IMG/VR virus record: IMGVR_UViG_3300021387_000661
Location: 224,001-288,000 of that record
DNA: 64,000 bases
Origin: a virus
Lineage: Duplodnaviria; Caudoviricetes
Reading direction: 5' to 3' (one strand)
Part shown: positions 37,223 to 51,342 of the stretch, piece after piece
Layout of the letters: every line of letters starts with the position of its first letter
Position numbering within the stretch: the first letter of the stretch is position 1
The notes under the pieces: generated by a model
Told to the model about the DNA's origin: nothing
The model's input: only the letters and a program-made list of their open reading frames with translations
Databases searched by the model: none
Program-made: the position numbers and the translations under genes

Positions 37223-38699
37223 CAAAGGCAAATATAAAAATGAACTTGACCATGGATATTCCATCTGGTTACCTTTTGTTCTGAACTCACAGCAGAAAGA
37301 GGTCATCAAACAAATAGATGACTTCATTAACAGTCCTGATGAGTTTGCTATGACTATATCTGGTTGGGCTGGTACTGGTAAGACCACACTTATGGAGATT
37401 GTGAACAAGAGGTACTGGATGAGTCATACTGTCCACTTTGCTGCAACAACCCACAAGGCTGCTGGTGTTCTGAAGGAGAAGGTTGGTAAGAAAGTCTTCA
37501 CAGTGAACTCACTCTTTGGTATTATGATTGAAACAGATATGGAAGGAGAGACATATGATGTATCAAAGAAGGCAAGAAAACTTTCAGATGACAAGGTAAA
37601 ACCTAACTCTATCATAATCATTGATGAGGCATCTATGTTGTCCATCCAGAACTATATTGATGTTATCCTCAAGGCAAAGGAAAGAAAGTGTAAAATTATC
37701 TTCATAGGTGATTCTGCACAGCTCTCCCCGGTGAATGAAGATGACATCTCTATTGTGTTCAGGAATGTAGATCATAGGATAGTGGAACTCACTAAAGTGA
37801 TGAGGACAGATGACAATGCCATTCTTGATGAATCCACATCTGTGAGAATTAATGGTGGTTTTACTTATGTGACACATATCAATGAGAATGGAGATGGTGT
37901 GAAATACATTAACCATAATGACACAAAGGAAATTCTCAATGTCATAGACACACGCATTAGTGGCCTCAAAGATAATCCCAATTATTTCAGGGTACTCACC
38001 TATACCAATGCCAATGTGGAGAAACTGAATAGGGTTATCAGAAAGAAACTTGGATATGATGGTCTCAATCCTCAACCAGGAGAACCTCTTATGGCATACA
38101 ATAACTGGGGTTATGAAGGAATGGGTATCTCTGGTGCAGTCTATACCATTGTCAATTCAGAGGCATATATATGTAAGGACATCTTGGAAGAACATGATGA
38201 AGATGTGATGAATATGATTACCTACACCTCTGTGGATCCATTTGGAGATTATAAACTACACATCATTGAACTTAATGTGGAGGACTCTCTTGGTAAACCT
38301 ATCACTGTCCCTCTTATTGATGTGAAGAACAATCCTCACAACCGGGAGATTGTTGTTGCACTTGCATATGAAAAAGTAAATCAATGGAACAAGTATAGAC
38401 AGACAGAAGAGAAAACAGAAAAACTCAAATGTCTTGAGAAGATAAATGCCATAGATGATTTCCTTTTTGTGAATGACAATGTATATGATCAGTATGGAAC
38501 TCTCATCCAAGCAAAGGTCATTGACTATGGATATGCTCACACAATTCACAAAAGTCAGGGTAGTACATTCACACATGTATTGATAAATGATGATGACATA
38601 AGTAGATGTCAAGATAAAAATGTAAGAAGACAATTGAGATATGTTGCTGTCACAAGAGCGACTACATCTGCGAACATAATTACATCGCACAATGTTTAA
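37215..38699 (+). CDS. SF1B DNA helicase (Dda/RecD-like)
   Basis: [37 protein letters not shown]. Confidence 0.9.
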   Translation: MSNKGKYKNELDHGYSIWLPFVLNSQQKEVIKQIDDFINSPDEFAMTISGWAGTGKTTLMEIVNKRYWMSHTVHFAATTHKAAGVLKEKVGKKVFTVNSLFGIMIETDMEGETYDVSKKARKLSDDKVKPNSIIIIDEASMLSIQNYIDVILKAKERKCKIIFIGDSAQLSPVNEDDISIVFRNVDHRIVELTKVMRTDDNAILDESTSVRINGGFTYVTHINENGDGVKYINHNDTKEILNVIDTRISGLKDNPNYFRVLTYTNANVEKLNRVIRKKLGYDGLNPQPGEPLMAYNNWGYEGMGISGAVYTIVNSEAYICKDILEEHDEDVMNMITYTSVDPFGDYKLHIIELNVEDSLGKPITVPLIDVKNNPHNREIVVALAYEKVNQWNKYRQTEEKTEKLKCLEKINAIDDFLFVNDNVYDQYGTLIQAKVIDYGYAHTIHKSQGSTFTHVLINDDDISRCQDKNVRRQLRYVAVTRATTSANIITSHNV

Positions 38700-39342
38700 C
38701 AAATTATAAATATGGGTTACAGAATAAGTTTATACAGGTGTCCTAAAAAGGATGTTGACAAAATCAGGGACATCACAAATGAAGATGTTGAAAAGAGTGA
38801 GTATGGAATATTTGATGTGTTGGAAAAAGACCGAATAAAATATGATACCCTTGCACATGTGCTTGATACAGGAACAGAAGTAGAAGATGGTCTTTGCAGT
38901 AGAATCTTCACAAACAGATTGGATGCAGAGGATGATGAATCATTCTATACAATATCTAAAGAACAGCTCCTGAACATTATTGAATATATTAGAAAAAACA
39001 ATATATTTGATTATCAATGGTCTCATACTGTTGATTATGATAAGAAAATAATTGGAGAAGGTCTTACTGGGAGATTTGGAGAACCAGCCACTTGGGATGA
39101 GGCAGTCCGGAGTGTCTGTCTGGATGCAAGATTTGATGCAAGATTGTGGAATGATTACTGGACAGATGATGATGGTACAAAGCATTATATGAATATTGAT
39201 TTGTCTGACAACAAGTGGTGGATATCAGGAGGAATGTCATACAGATATGCCATTTTCAATTTCATTCATATCTTAAAGTGTTTTGATTGGGACAATGATT
39301 ACCTAGTCGCCATTGGTGGATAACAACTTACATAAATAAAGT

Positions 39343-39774
39343 ATGAAAAAATATAGAATGTACAGTTTGGTATTGAGACAGTTAAGTCCAATGCAGAAAG
39401 GAGTCCAATCTGCCCACTCTATTGTAGAGTATGGAAACAAATATCATAAGTTATCAGAATATATACAGTGGGTAAATGTGGATAAGACTATTATTGTCCT
39501 TGATGGTGGTACATATCCAGAACTCAAAGAATGTAGGGATAAACTTATGGAACTTGATGTACCTTTTGCATCTTTCTATGAAGAAGATCTTGGAAACATC
39601 CTTACATCAATTTCATTTTTAGTTGAAGACAAAGTTTGGGATCACAAGAGTTATCCATCATTTGAGGAAGAACTTGATGATGAATCTGAAAACCCAGTGT
39701 GGTTGATTACAATGGGTGGGAAACGAAATCTTGAATTCAGAAAATTCTTATCAAGTAAGAGATTATCAATGTAA
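39343..39774 (+). CDS. Peptidyl-tRNA hydrolase 2-like protein
   Basis: LVLRQLSPMQKGVQSAHS..EY, TIIVL, FYEEDL...LTSI pattern of phage Pth2-fold proteins. Confidence 0.6.
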   Translation: MKKYRMYSLVLRQLSPMQKGVQSAHSIVEYGNKYHKLSEYIQWVNVDKTIIVLDGGTYPELKECRDKLMELDVPFASFYEEDLGNILTSISFLVEDKVWDHKSYPSFEEELDDESENPVWLITMGGKRNLEFRKFLSSKRLSM

Positions 39775-41260
39775 GAGTGGTGAGTGAATCACCACTCTTT
39801 TTTGTTATATTTACATTGTATAATTTAATCTATTAATTATTATGAATACACATAAAGAATTTAACATTGATAAAGTAATATGTGACATTGATGTCAGGTA
39901 TTATGTTGACTGTTCTTTCTCAAAGGACAATGGCAAGACCTGGGAAGAAGATTTTGAAGATGATGACAATGCAGATGACTATGTGAAGTCACAACTCCCC
40001 TGTATGAAAGAGATGACTTACAAAAAGTATGGTATCTGGTCTAAAACAGAAACAACAATGACCAGAACAGATTGGTGTCCTGTTATTGATGTTAATGAAG
40101 GAAAGGTACTTGACTGGCCAGAAGGGTTCATTCTCAAAACCCACTTCAAAGTATGTGACCAGGGTGTCTATGTGTATTCCAATTATGATGAATCAGCACA
40201 GATAGTCTCAACAGACTGTGATGAGTATTATGTACCACGTTGGTTTAATATGAAAAATGGATATGGTGATTATCTCATTATGACTATCAATGGAGATGGT
40301 ACAATCCAAGACTGGGATAAGTTACAGAAGAAACTCATTGAGTATGCCAATGATTATTTGGATCCAGAAAAAGTAAAATCACATATAAACATTGAAGAGT
40401 ATGTCAGCTGATGAACTTTATCAATATATCTGCATGTATGTTGTAGATGATGTCTTCACATTTGAGGAAAGAAGAAGTATGGGTCTTGAATCTTTTCATC
40501 AATATGTGAAAGAACATTTTGTACCTATTCCAAAATCAGAACTTGTTGTTGGTCAGGAATACAATGGACATTGTAGAAATGCCAGTAGAGCAACCTGGAA
40601 TGGAAAAGTATTTCAGTATATGAGAAAGAAATTTGGTGGTGAATTTCTTGAAGAAATAAATCATTATGAGGATGATTATGACCCAGGTATAGATGTGTTT
40701 GTACCAGTAAAGGAGATTTGAATATGAAAATTTATAAAGAGAAATCTTTGTTTCACCCAGATACTGAAGAAAATGTTTATGTGCTTGAAACACTTGAGGA
40801 CTGGGATGAATATGAAAAGTATCTGAATGATAAAAACCCTGATTATATTCCACAATGTAATCCAAACTTTCACTCATTCAAAGAAGACTTCAAACAATAT
40901 ATTGGTAAAATTTGGCAGGATAAAAACCAATTAAGATACACATATAATAGTGTTCCTGTTTATGTTGAGTATAGGGTCATTGCTATAGAAGACAATGATG
41001 CTATGCTTGATTGGTATTGGATTGTTCAAAATGTTGATGATGATAGGGATATTAAATATATCCTTGCCAATGGTTATGATTTGATAAATGGAATAAAAAA
41101 ATAAAATAAATTATGAAAGTGTTTAGATATAAAATCATAAGGACCAAGACAGATATGGGTGAAACAAAACTCAATGAATTTGGTCGTCGAGGATATGAAC
41201 TCACAAGTGTTATTACTGATGAACATGGTTTCACATATTATTTCAAAACAGAGGTAGAAA

Positions 41261-41830
41261 ATGGGTAAACTCACATTTACATATGCTTGTATGGGCGCCG
41301 GAAAGACAACCCAGATGCTCACAATGTTTGACCAATATAAGAGAAGAAAGAAGAAACCTGTCATCATCAAACCACAGATGGATGTAAGGGAAGGTGTGTT
41401 CACAGGTTGGGGTATCACACGATCACGAATTGCGAAAAATGAAGAACCAACTTATTATTATAAAGACCTAAAGACAGAGCTGGAGAATCTTGAATTTGGT
41501 GTTCTCTTTGTTGATGAAGCACAGTTCTTATCCAGGGAAGATGTATTGGTGCTGTGTAATGTATGTGACAAACAGAACATAGATGTATATTGTTTTGGAT
41601 TAAAGACTGATGTGACAGGAAACCTCTTTGAAGGAAGTAAACATCTTCTTGCCTTGGCAGATGTCATAAATGAACTCCAGACACCATGTGAAATTGAAGG
41701 ATGTAACTGTAATGCAACCTGCCACATCAGATATGTTGATGGTATAAGAGAGGTAGATGGTAAATCTGTTGCTATTGAAACTGGAAATGTAACTTATAAA
41801 TCTGTATGCAGAAAACATTGGTTACTATAA
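41261..41830 (+). CDS. tdk: Thymidine kinase
   Basis: MGAGKT, VDEAQF, FGLKTD..G.LFEGS, YKSVCRKH. Confidence 0.93.
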   Translation: MGKLTFTYACMGAGKTTQMLTMFDQYKRRKKKPVIIKPQMDVREGVFTGWGITRSRIAKNEEPTYYYKDLKTELENLEFGVLFVDEAQFLSREDVLVLCNVCDKQNIDVYCFGLKTDVTGNLFEGSKHLLALADVINELQTPCEIEGCNCNATCHIRYVDGIREVDGKSVAIETGNVTYKSVCRKHWLL

Positions 41831-42491
41831 ATTTGGAATTGTAAATAAAAAACATTATATTTGTTATGACTTACAATGATTTTATAACTGAAATTTGGTT
41901 AAATGTAGATAATTGCCCTAAAGCATGGAGAAAAGGTCAAAAGGTATTCAATGTAATTGACAAATTATATGGTAATGTTGCCAGGGATGTTCAGTTCATT
42001 GATGGTGTTGACTGTTTCTATGATGACAGAGAAGAAACAATCAATCTCTTCATTGATAAGTGCTGGATCAGATTCATCTCAAACGCACATCCTATAACCC
42101 CAAGAGAGAAAAAGTAATATGAAAGTAAGTGAAATTATAATTGGTAAGAAAGTTTATTACCATCCTATCATTGGTGGTAAAGAAAAGAAAGAAGCAACCA
42201 TCACAAGTGATGTATTTGAAATTGGAGGTACACCCTGTTGTATGGTGGATTCTGTATCTGGGTGTGTTGACATTGAAGCATTAACAGAAAGATAATATGA
42301 CAGTAAAAAATTACAAGTAATCCTGAAATACTTTGAGATTGACCCAGATAGGCATGTAAGAATAACTGTTAAAAAAGCAGAATGTTTAATATCATTGTAA
42401 AAGTTGATAATGAACTATAAGAAAACTTAATCCACATATGTGAAGGGTAATAAGATTACTCTTCACAAATGTGTTATTAAAAACATCAAGA

Positions 42492-43364
42492 ATGGGTACA
42501 AGAGTAGATAATAAAAACAAAGACTTCAAATTCAGTGAAGAATTTATACAGATTGCACTCAATGGATTCTTTGCATACAACTCTGTCAAATATAATATAG
42601 ATGGGTTGTATGTGTTTGACTGGGAGTCTGATAAGTTACTTGAAACAAAATCTGGTTATATCTATGAGTTTGAAATAAAAATCTCAAAAGCAGATTATAA
42701 AAATGACTTCAAACATAAGAAGGACAAGCATATCATCCTTGCTGGTGAAGAAAGATATGGTGACAAGTATCTTCCAAGATATTATGAATTCCTGGAAGAA
42801 AATAGGAAAAGAGGAAACTGGTGTGAACAGAACTTTATAAAATCTGCATCAAATAATCCTTATTATTTAGTTGGAGGTCACAAAAGACCAAACTATTTTT
42901 ACTACACAGTACCAACAGACCTGATAACTGTTGATGAGGTTCCAGAATATGCAGGACTCATTTATGTTGATGAGAATAAGAACCTAACAATAAAAAAGAA
43001 GGCACCTTGTCTCCATAAAGAAAAATACAAGGACAGTGATCTCAATCTTGGTGAAAAGTTCTACTACAATATGGACAGTTGGAGAAGTAAATGTAAGAAA
43101 GCCTGGACAGAATCTAAAATGTGGAGAGAAAAACTTCTATCAGAGATTGAATCAAAGGGTCAAGGAAGAGCATATAAAGACTTGGAAAATGAACTTGAAG
43201 GATATGAGATAGCATATCATGATTTATCTAAATCAAAAGAGCAACTTCACAGAGACCTATATAGACAAAACAGAATGGTAACTTTACTTGCCAGAGAACT
43301 TCAGAAATACAATCCCGAATTCAATTTATTCACATTTGAAGAAGAACATTTTGGAAAACAATAA
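42492..43364 (+). CDS. PD-(D/E)XK (MmcB-like) domain protein with coiled-coil tail
   Basis: WESD..YEFEIKISKADY.ND.K; PNYFYY.VP; PEYAGLI. Confidence 0.6.
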   Translation: MGTRVDNKNKDFKFSEEFIQIALNGFFAYNSVKYNIDGLYVFDWESDKLLETKSGYIYEFEIKISKADYKNDFKHKKDKHIILAGEERYGDKYLPRYYEFLEENRKRGNWCEQNFIKSASNNPYYLVGGHKRPNYFYYTVPTDLITVDEVPEYAGLIYVDENKNLTIKKKAPCLHKEKYKDSDLNLGEKFYYNMDSWRSKCKKAWTESKMWREKLLSEIESKGQGRAYKDLENELEGYEIAYHDLSKSKEQLHRDLYRQNRMVTLLARELQKYNPEFNLFTFEEEHFGKQ

Positions 43365-46300
43365 TATGGAAAGAAAGAAAATTTGTGCATCATGTTTATA
43401 CTGGGAACCTGGAGACTTTTGGGGAACTGGTGAAGGAAACCATGGTGTCCTTGTTGAATCAAAGGGATGGTGTATGTCAAAGAAGGATAAGAATGGGAAC
43501 ATTGTAAAAAGAAAGAGATGGAACTATTGTCCTGCTTGTATATACTTTATGAAGAAGAAGATGACAGGCTTTATCTACAAGGGTGGTGGTGGAAATACTG
43601 TTTATGAAGATTTACAGAATATCGGTGAACTTATGAAAGAAACATTTGAAGACAATGAGTAAGAAAATATATTCAGATAAAAGGATGCCTTTCCCTATGT
43701 TTGGTTTGGAAATGGCAGATGGGTGGAAACCAATTGCAATGAAAGTTGTCAATGCAATACAGGAATATAATGACAATTCTCCAGAGAATAGTGTCATATA
43801 CATTGACCAGGTGAAAGAAAAATTTGCGGGTCTCAGAATTTATGTCACTTATGATAATGTTCCACAAGATGTTATAGATAAGATTGAAGGTCTCATTAAG
43901 GAAGCAGAGGTAGAAGCAGCCAACACATGTGAAGAGTGTGGCAGTAAGAAAAACATTGGTATGAGAATCAATGGTTGGTACACTGTAATGTGTGAAGATT
44001 GTACAAAGAAAATTGTTCAAAGTGATCCTGTTTACAAATACATCAAGTGGAAAAGAAAGAATGATGGTAAGGTGTTTATGATAACTAAAGAAGGTATGGA
44101 GGAATTAAATGATGGAAAATGACAACACACTTGATATGAGACATCTCATCAGATTGGCAGATGATAATCAAGAACCCAGTGGAGATTGGAAAGATTATTC
44201 TGAATCTACAACATCACTTGAGAGTATTATGGAAGAAAACTACTTAACTGGACAACAGAAAAGAAGATTAAGAAGATTACAAGAAAGGAAACTTAAAAAC
44301 AAATAGTTATGAAAAAATGGAGAATTAAAGAAGTAACCTATTATTCAGGTACAAAGTATGAAAGAAAAAAGTACTTTATTCAAAAACGATTTCTTGGATT
44401 TCTCTGGTGGTATGATCCATATGAGGATGGACTTTATAGTGATGGTGAGTGTAGTACATATGAAGAAGCATTAAAAATTGTAACCAGAGAACTCACCTAC
44501 AATAAAAAAACTAAAATAGTCTGGACAAATGAAGATTAAAATTTCACAAGAAGATTATGAGTTCCTGAAGAATATTCAGTATGAACTCAATGTACAGGAA
44601 CATGATGGTAATGCAGACCCAGTTTTCTGGGGTGTAGAAGAAACTGTTGAAGAATGTAGGGGTGGAGATGGTGAGTATGGTGGAGACCCTTATATCACAT
44701 TTGATTATGGTAAATTGTCTCTTGAAGAAGCAATTGAGGAAATTGAAGAAGCATTCAAGAATGAACCGGAAGAATATGATGATGACATCCAGGCAGTCTG
44801 GGAAGATGTTGATAAGACTTGTGCAGAAGATGTCTATGAATTTATGACAGACCATCTTGGGTGGTCAAATGTATGTGGTGTTGTTTATGTGGAAGATGTT
44901 AAAAGGGTGACTCCTTATACAGGAGCATTCATTACCAAGAAAGCATGCAAAGAATACATCAAAAAATATGGATACAACCATAATGATCCTCACACATATG
45001 CAATGACAGCATACAGGAACTTTGAACTTGAGAGACTCATCAATATCTTGAAGAATCTTAAATTTGAAGTATAATGGGACTGGACACACAAACCATCAAC
45101 AGATGGGACACATATGAAATGAGAGTAAAAAGGGCAGAAAGTGCCCTAAAATCAATTGAAAGTGATGGGATGAGAATTTGGTTGTCTGACATATTAAACG
45201 CTCTTAAAATGGGCAAATATGCAAGAATATGGACAAAATCAAAACACCTCATAGATGTGTCAGCAGTTGCTTATACATATGAGTATGCATCTTTCTTTGA
45301 TGTGTATAATCATATAGAAAAATTTGACACAACAATAAAACCTGTTATGGTTGAAAAATTAGAATATGCACTTATAAGTTATCATTATTAATTATGGTCT
45401 ATTATTTAGGATACACACCAAAAGATAAACAAAACACAAGGGGTTTTGTTATGTTTGATATTGAATATTATCAGGAGCAGTATAAAGAAGAATGGTACAG
45501 TGAGATATGTTGCCTTCCTTGTGTTGATGGTCTCACAAGATTTTTGAAAGATAAATTCAATGAGCCTGGATTTGATTATGAGCAGTTTATCAAAGATGCA
45601 AATGAAATTCAGGAAGTAAGGGGACTTTTGTATGAACATAAGTGGGAAGGTCAGGACAATTGCCCAAAATCCTCCAAAGATTCAGATAATTTTCATTACC
45701 ATATTTTTGGTAAAGTCATTGAAAAATTATTTGATGACTTCACAAAGAAATATGGAATGTGGATTAATATAGATTAATATATGAAAGAACAAGACATTAA
45801 AGAATTAAAACTATGGTTGCATGACCATAGTTATTATGTTGGAGACTCAAGTGTTGCAGACTCATTGAGGAAACTTGCAGATGAATATGATGATTAAAAT
45901 TTAAGATTATGTATAAAGCAGGAGATTTTCTTTATAAACTTGGTGATAAAGGTATTAAGAAAGAATCACAGAGGGTTTTTATTTATACTGGTTATATAAC
46001 TGGTGATGGTTATGGTGTCCTCATTGGATTTGATTCTGATGGTAAGCTCAGGAAATCAACAGGGTATGGAAACTACCAATATGGAAATGATGTCAGACTT
46101 GCAACAGAAGAAGAAATCAAAGCATTTGTAAATGAGGTATTCAACTATCAGGATCCAATCAGAGAATATGGAAGACCTTAAATTTTATACAGCAACTGTA
46201 CCTTTTGATGTTGCAGTTGAGTTAAAGCAGGCCGGATACTGGAAACCAAGATGCACTTATGAAACAAGTTACAATGGTCCATGTTACTTCATTCCAGGTA

Positions 46301-46595
46301 AACGATACTATGCAGAAGGCGTTATTGCCTCTTGGGATAAACTTGTTCCTGCACCAACATATGCAGAAGTCATTGACTGGTTTTTCAATAAAGAAATAAT
46401 ATTATGTGTTGATTATGAATCATTAAATCCATTAACTTGGACTTGGTGTATTCAGTGTATTGGTAACAGGAGAAATGATGCAAAAACAAGTGGTTACACT
46501 GGTTTAACTATAACAGAAGAACAGTTTGATTCTTTTTCTAACTGTGTAAATAGTGGTATCAAAGCAGTTATATCTTATTTTTTTCAAGATAAGTT

Positions 46596-47303
46596 ATGAA
46601 ACTAAAACATATTACATTTACTGGACTTGATGAACACACTGATATAGATGTGTTAAAGTCAATCAAACAGAAATATCCTTTTGTAGAATTTGGAGTACTG
46701 ATGTCAAAGAACTGGAATACTAATGGTAACCGCTATCCAAACCCTGACATTATTTCAAGATTCACAAACCAAGGACTTGATTTGTCTGCTCACCTTTGCG
46801 GATCATTCGCACGGGAGGCATATGCTGGAAACTTCAATAATATTTTAGATAAGTATCCTATCTTTATACACCAAGACTTCAAAAGAACCCAACTCAATGT
46901 TGCTCCATATGAGAACATCTTTGAGACTGCCGGTACACTTGAAACTACAATAAGGAAGGAGATTATCATTCAACAGCGGTCTCCAAGTATAAAAGACTCA
47001 CATGCCTTCACCAGGTTTGAATTAAAAAACCCCAATATAAATGTCACTCTATTGGTTGATCCATCTGGCGGTAGAGGAATTGATGAAGGTCTTGACATCA
47101 TTGCCACAAATTACAAGACTGGTTATGCTGGTGGTATCAATACAGATAATGTGGAAGACAAGTTAAAACACCTGATGGAGATGGAAACTGTTGGTGACTT
47201 CTGGATTGATATGGAATCTGGTGTGAGGACTGATGATTGGTTTGATGTCAATAAGGTGATAGACATCATTGAAAAATGTAATGATATTCTTAAAAAATAT
47301 TAA
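46596..47303 (+). CDS. TrpF-like TIM-barrel protein
   Basis: LLVDPSGGRG, GYAGGI..DNV, WIDMESGVR. Confidence 0.65.
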   Translation: MKLKHITFTGLDEHTDIDVLKSIKQKYPFVEFGVLMSKNWNTNGNRYPNPDIISRFTNQGLDLSAHLCGSFAREAYAGNFNNILDKYPIFIHQDFKRTQLNVAPYENIFETAGTLETTIRKEIIIQQRSPSIKDSHAFTRFELKNPNINVTLLVDPSGGRGIDEGLDIIATNYKTGYAGGINTDNVEDKLKHLMEMETVGDFWIDMESGVRTDDWFDVNKVIDIIEKCNDILKKY

Positions 47304-49931
47304 AAAATTTGGTTATTTAAAATATTTGTTGTATCTTTGTATCAGAAAGATTAACAAAGTACAACTATGTCTCTGAAAAAAATCAAAGAACTGAAGGTTG
47401 GTGACAAGTTTAAATTCAACAATGCTGTCATCATGAAAGGAACATATGTGAAGAAAACAAATTCATTCAAAGGGTATTGCATCATTGGTGATGTATCCCT
47501 TCCAGGTAATATGTTTGCATCTTCAGAAAACAACTTTGTAAATTCAATAGATGAATAACCATGAAAAATCAAACTATAAAAGAAATCAATAAGAAGAAAG
47601 AAGAGTGTAAAAATAACCCTTCCATTTCTCCAATTGATATTGTTGATGACATCCTTGATATCATCAACAAGTTTCCTGATGAAGAAACAATCCAAAAGAA
47701 AATTGACAAATGGTTACCTAAAAAAGAACACATTGATACACTCTTTAAAATTTACAACACCAGGCAACTAACAAGAGAAGACAAACTTGTTGTTCTGGAT
47801 ATTTACAACACATTCATAGAACTCCTTGGAGAACCCAGGGTTTAATTGTATATAGATATGATGATTAAAAAGAAACCAAACTTTAGAATTGTACATGTGG
47901 AGAATGACCCTAACTTTGGTTCATATTACAAAATTGAAATAAGGGAACTCTTCTGGTACAAGACTTATTATTTCAGAGTACCTAACTCTATTTTCTTTGA
48001 TCAGAATGAGTTCAGGTTTAAAAACTTTAAAGATGCAAAAGAAGAACTGGATCTGCTTGTCCAAGGAAAATCAAAATACAACTGCTTCAGTAAAGTTGTT
48101 TATGAAGCAAACCAGGGTACAATGGAACATAATATGCAATAAGATATGAAAAAAAACTTTAATTCAATCTACAGTATATTACTTGGGGTAATATTAGTAC
48201 TTTTCATCCTTGTTTCCTGTTGTGAATCAAATGACAACAGAGGTTATGGTTACCAGCAGACATCTACACAAAGTTCTGGAGATGAAGTTATAAACAAAAT
48301 AGCTTCAAGAAGGAGTGCAATCAAGATGTATCTCAAAGGAACAGATGGGGTTATCAGAAGTAGTTGTACTGTCTACAAGGGAGAATATGATGGTCACACC
48401 TGGTATGTCTTCTATGACAACCTGGCCTCACCATCTGTAGTGCATGATCCAAATTGTAAATGTCTTAACAAATAATAACTATGAGACAACTTACAGAAGA
48501 AGAAATCAAAAAGGGTTGGATAATTCATGATAAAATCAAGAACCATGATTTCAGAAAGCAACCTGAACTCTATCTTCTTGAGGAGTATGAAAATCTTGTC
48601 TATAAGCAATTGTATGAACTTGTTTGTGGATGGAGTGTAAAAGATATTGTTACCAATGAAAATGGTGAAAAGGTATATGAGTATGCCTTCCATAATCTTG
48701 AAGAGGAAACATGCAATGTTTCCTGGTCTAGTACACCACAAACTATCAGTATAGATGTGTGGTCCAATCCTAACATTGCACTCATTAATGATGCAATTCA
48801 TGACTTCAATGGTATCCGGTGGAGGTTGAGGTCAAGATGGAATAGTATGGGTATAGATGATCCTATCACACAAATCCTTCTTGGAAAATTCATTGAGACT
48901 GTTGAACTTATGCTTATGCTTTTTCATAGTCTTCTTGATGGTGTTGAAATCACAGAGGTGAAATATCCAAAGGATAACTCCAACAAAGATTCATATGTAC
49001 TATATAGATATGAGAGAAATCCCAGGTTCAACAACAACTGGACATATCCTTGCTTCAACAAGGAAGGATTTTATGTAAATGAATAAAGTAGAGTGGAACA
49101 AGGAACACTCCTGGAAAGTCACAAAGAAACTTTACAAGGATGGTATAGAACACTATCTTTCCTGGAATAATCTCATATGGTCTGAACATGGCAATGGGAA
49201 ATTTAATATGTCTGATTTTTGATTATAAAAATGACTCAACAATTATGAAGACAGTATACACAAACATTCATGACAGGAATGGTAACAGAGTACCTTACAA
49301 TGTCCCCATTGATTTTACCTGGTGGGAATATCCTGGATATGAATTGGAACTACATCTGGTGGCAAAGATAAGAAAAAGAAAGAGTGGTGACATATTTGAA
49401 TTTATAAAAGATGATAGAGGTAAGGATTGTCACTTCACACACAGACTTTCTGCCCTTAATTGGTGTGGTGATGATCTTGAACTTATTAAAGAAAATTAAT
49501 ATGTCAGAGGAAAAACTTATAGATAACATTTGTGAATATCTGGGTAAAAACTATCTCTTGAAAAGTAATAAGACTATGAGATGGACACCCATAAACAAGA
49601 TCAAAGAAGAGTTGTTTCAGTATTGTACACTCACCAAGATGGACAAGAAAAAATTTTATACTGATTTGTGTGAAAAACTCAATACACTCATACCCTGTAA
49701 GAATCAGGAAGATATTGATAAAATGATGAAACTTCTTCAGGATATGGTTGATTTTCCATCACAGGTAAACCCCCAGATTTATTGGGACAGAGAAGTATGG
49801 ATTGATTCTGGATTCAATGATGAGATTTGTATGAATATGCTCATCAAGACAGACAAACTTTATTTTGAACCATCTGATGATGTAAATGAGCACCCTGGTG
49901 TATGGGTAAAATATAAATGGATGAAAGAACA

Positions 49932-50468
49932 ATGAAAGAATACAAAAAAATAATTTTTCTTGACATTGATGGTGTAATGGCATCCATTCCTTATCTCTGT
50001 ACAGGTAAAGGATATGTTGATCCTTCCAAGTGTAAACTCCTGAACCAGTTGGAAGACATTGGCGCAGAAGTGGTCATCTCATCTTCCTGGGGGAATGATA
50101 ATGGAAGAACAGAGGAAACATTAAGGAAGTGTGGTTTAACACTTCCAATTATAGGTTATACACAGCACTACTATGAGGAATGGTTATGTAGAGGAAATGA
50201 AATTGAGAAATGGTTAAGAGATAACTTTGGAGGTATGTGTACCAAACATGGTTGCGATGACGATGGCGAACCATATTACAGGAAACACTATGATGATACT
50301 GACATTGATTATGAGTATGTTATCTTTGATGATGACAGTGACTTCCTTCTTGGTCAGAAAGACAACTTCATCCAGACAAATCAACAAACTGGTCTCACAC
50401 AAAGGAACATCAACAAGGCTATTAAAATTCTAACAAGAAATGATACACAAAACAGAAAGACAAGTTAG
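49932..50468 (+). CDS. HAD phosphatase (Swiss-Army-knife RNA-repair-like)
   Basis: IFLDIDGV, VVISSSW, RGNEI..W, YVIFDDD. Confidence 0.8.
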   Translation: MKEYKKIIFLDIDGVMASIPYLCTGKGYVDPSKCKLLNQLEDIGAEVVISSSWGNDNGRTEETLRKCGLTLPIIGYTQHYYEEWLCRGNEIEKWLRDNFGGMCTKHGCDDDGEPYYRKHYDDTDIDYEYVIFDDDSDFLLGQKDNFIQTNQQTGLTQRNINKAIKILTRNDTQNRKTS

Positions 50469-50541
50469 ATTATGATTAATGACCATTTAATTTGGAAATT
50501 GAAAAAATTATTATTATATTTGTATTAGAAAATAAAGTATT

Positions 50542-51342
50542 ATGGCACAAATAAAAGACAATGAACAAAAGGAAGTCATTACACCAAGTCAGTATTTTGA
50601 TTTCCTTAAAGGTGCAAAACAGAACATCACCACTGAAGCACTTAAGAATTCATATGATTCTTTTCTGACACTTGCAAGTAAGTATCAGAAACTTGGTCAG
50701 GTAGAATCTCTCAAGAAACTCTGTTTCCTGGCAGATACTCTTGTCAAGGAAGAAAAACTCATTGAAATGGGTATCACCACCTATGTGTATAAGGATACCA
50801 TTGAAGACTACATCACCAATGTGGCAGACAAGACTGTCAAAATCATTGAACTTTCCCGTTATATGAGAGAGATTCCTGATGAACTTGTTGATACAGTTGA
50901 GAAAACAAAGAATATATTTGATGAGTTCTATGTTGTTTTCACTGACTATACTGGAAAAGAGGAAAGAAAAATTGAGAAAGAAAGGAGAGACAAAGACCCT
51001 ATCCTCTTTGGTGTGTTCAAGAACCAGACCAATGTAGCAGACCGTTTCTACTTCCTTGGTGACTGGGTTGATGAATTCTGTGACCTTACCCTTGACAAAA
51101 TGATTGAACAGTATAAGAATAAGAAAGGATTTTCACCTACAAATGAAACTGAAATTCCTAAAACAAGTGAGGAACTTGTTGCAATTCTCAAGACATATAA
51201 GATTGATGAAAATAAACGGGAAGGAAGTTTTATAGAAATTAATAGTGTGCAATCACTCCCTGTTCAAACTTATAAACTTGATCCACAGATTGAAAAGAAG
51301 CAGGGATTCTTCTCCAAGATTCGCAGTGTATTTAAAAAATAA
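50542..51342 (+). CDS. Hypothetical protein
   Basis: 266-aa ORF downstream of a host-type promoter. Confidence 0.7.
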   Translation: MAQIKDNEQKEVITPSQYFDFLKGAKQNITTEALKNSYDSFLTLASKYQKLGQVESLKKLCFLADTLVKEEKLIEMGITTYVYKDTIEDYITNVADKTVKIIELSRYMREIPDELVDTVEKTKNIFDEFYVVFTDYTGKEERKIEKERRDKDPILFGVFKNQTNVADRFYFLGDWVDEFCDLTLDKMIEQYKNKKGFSPTNETEIPKTSEELVAILKTYKIDENKREGSFIEINSVQSLPVQTYKLDPQIEKKQGFFSKIRSVFKK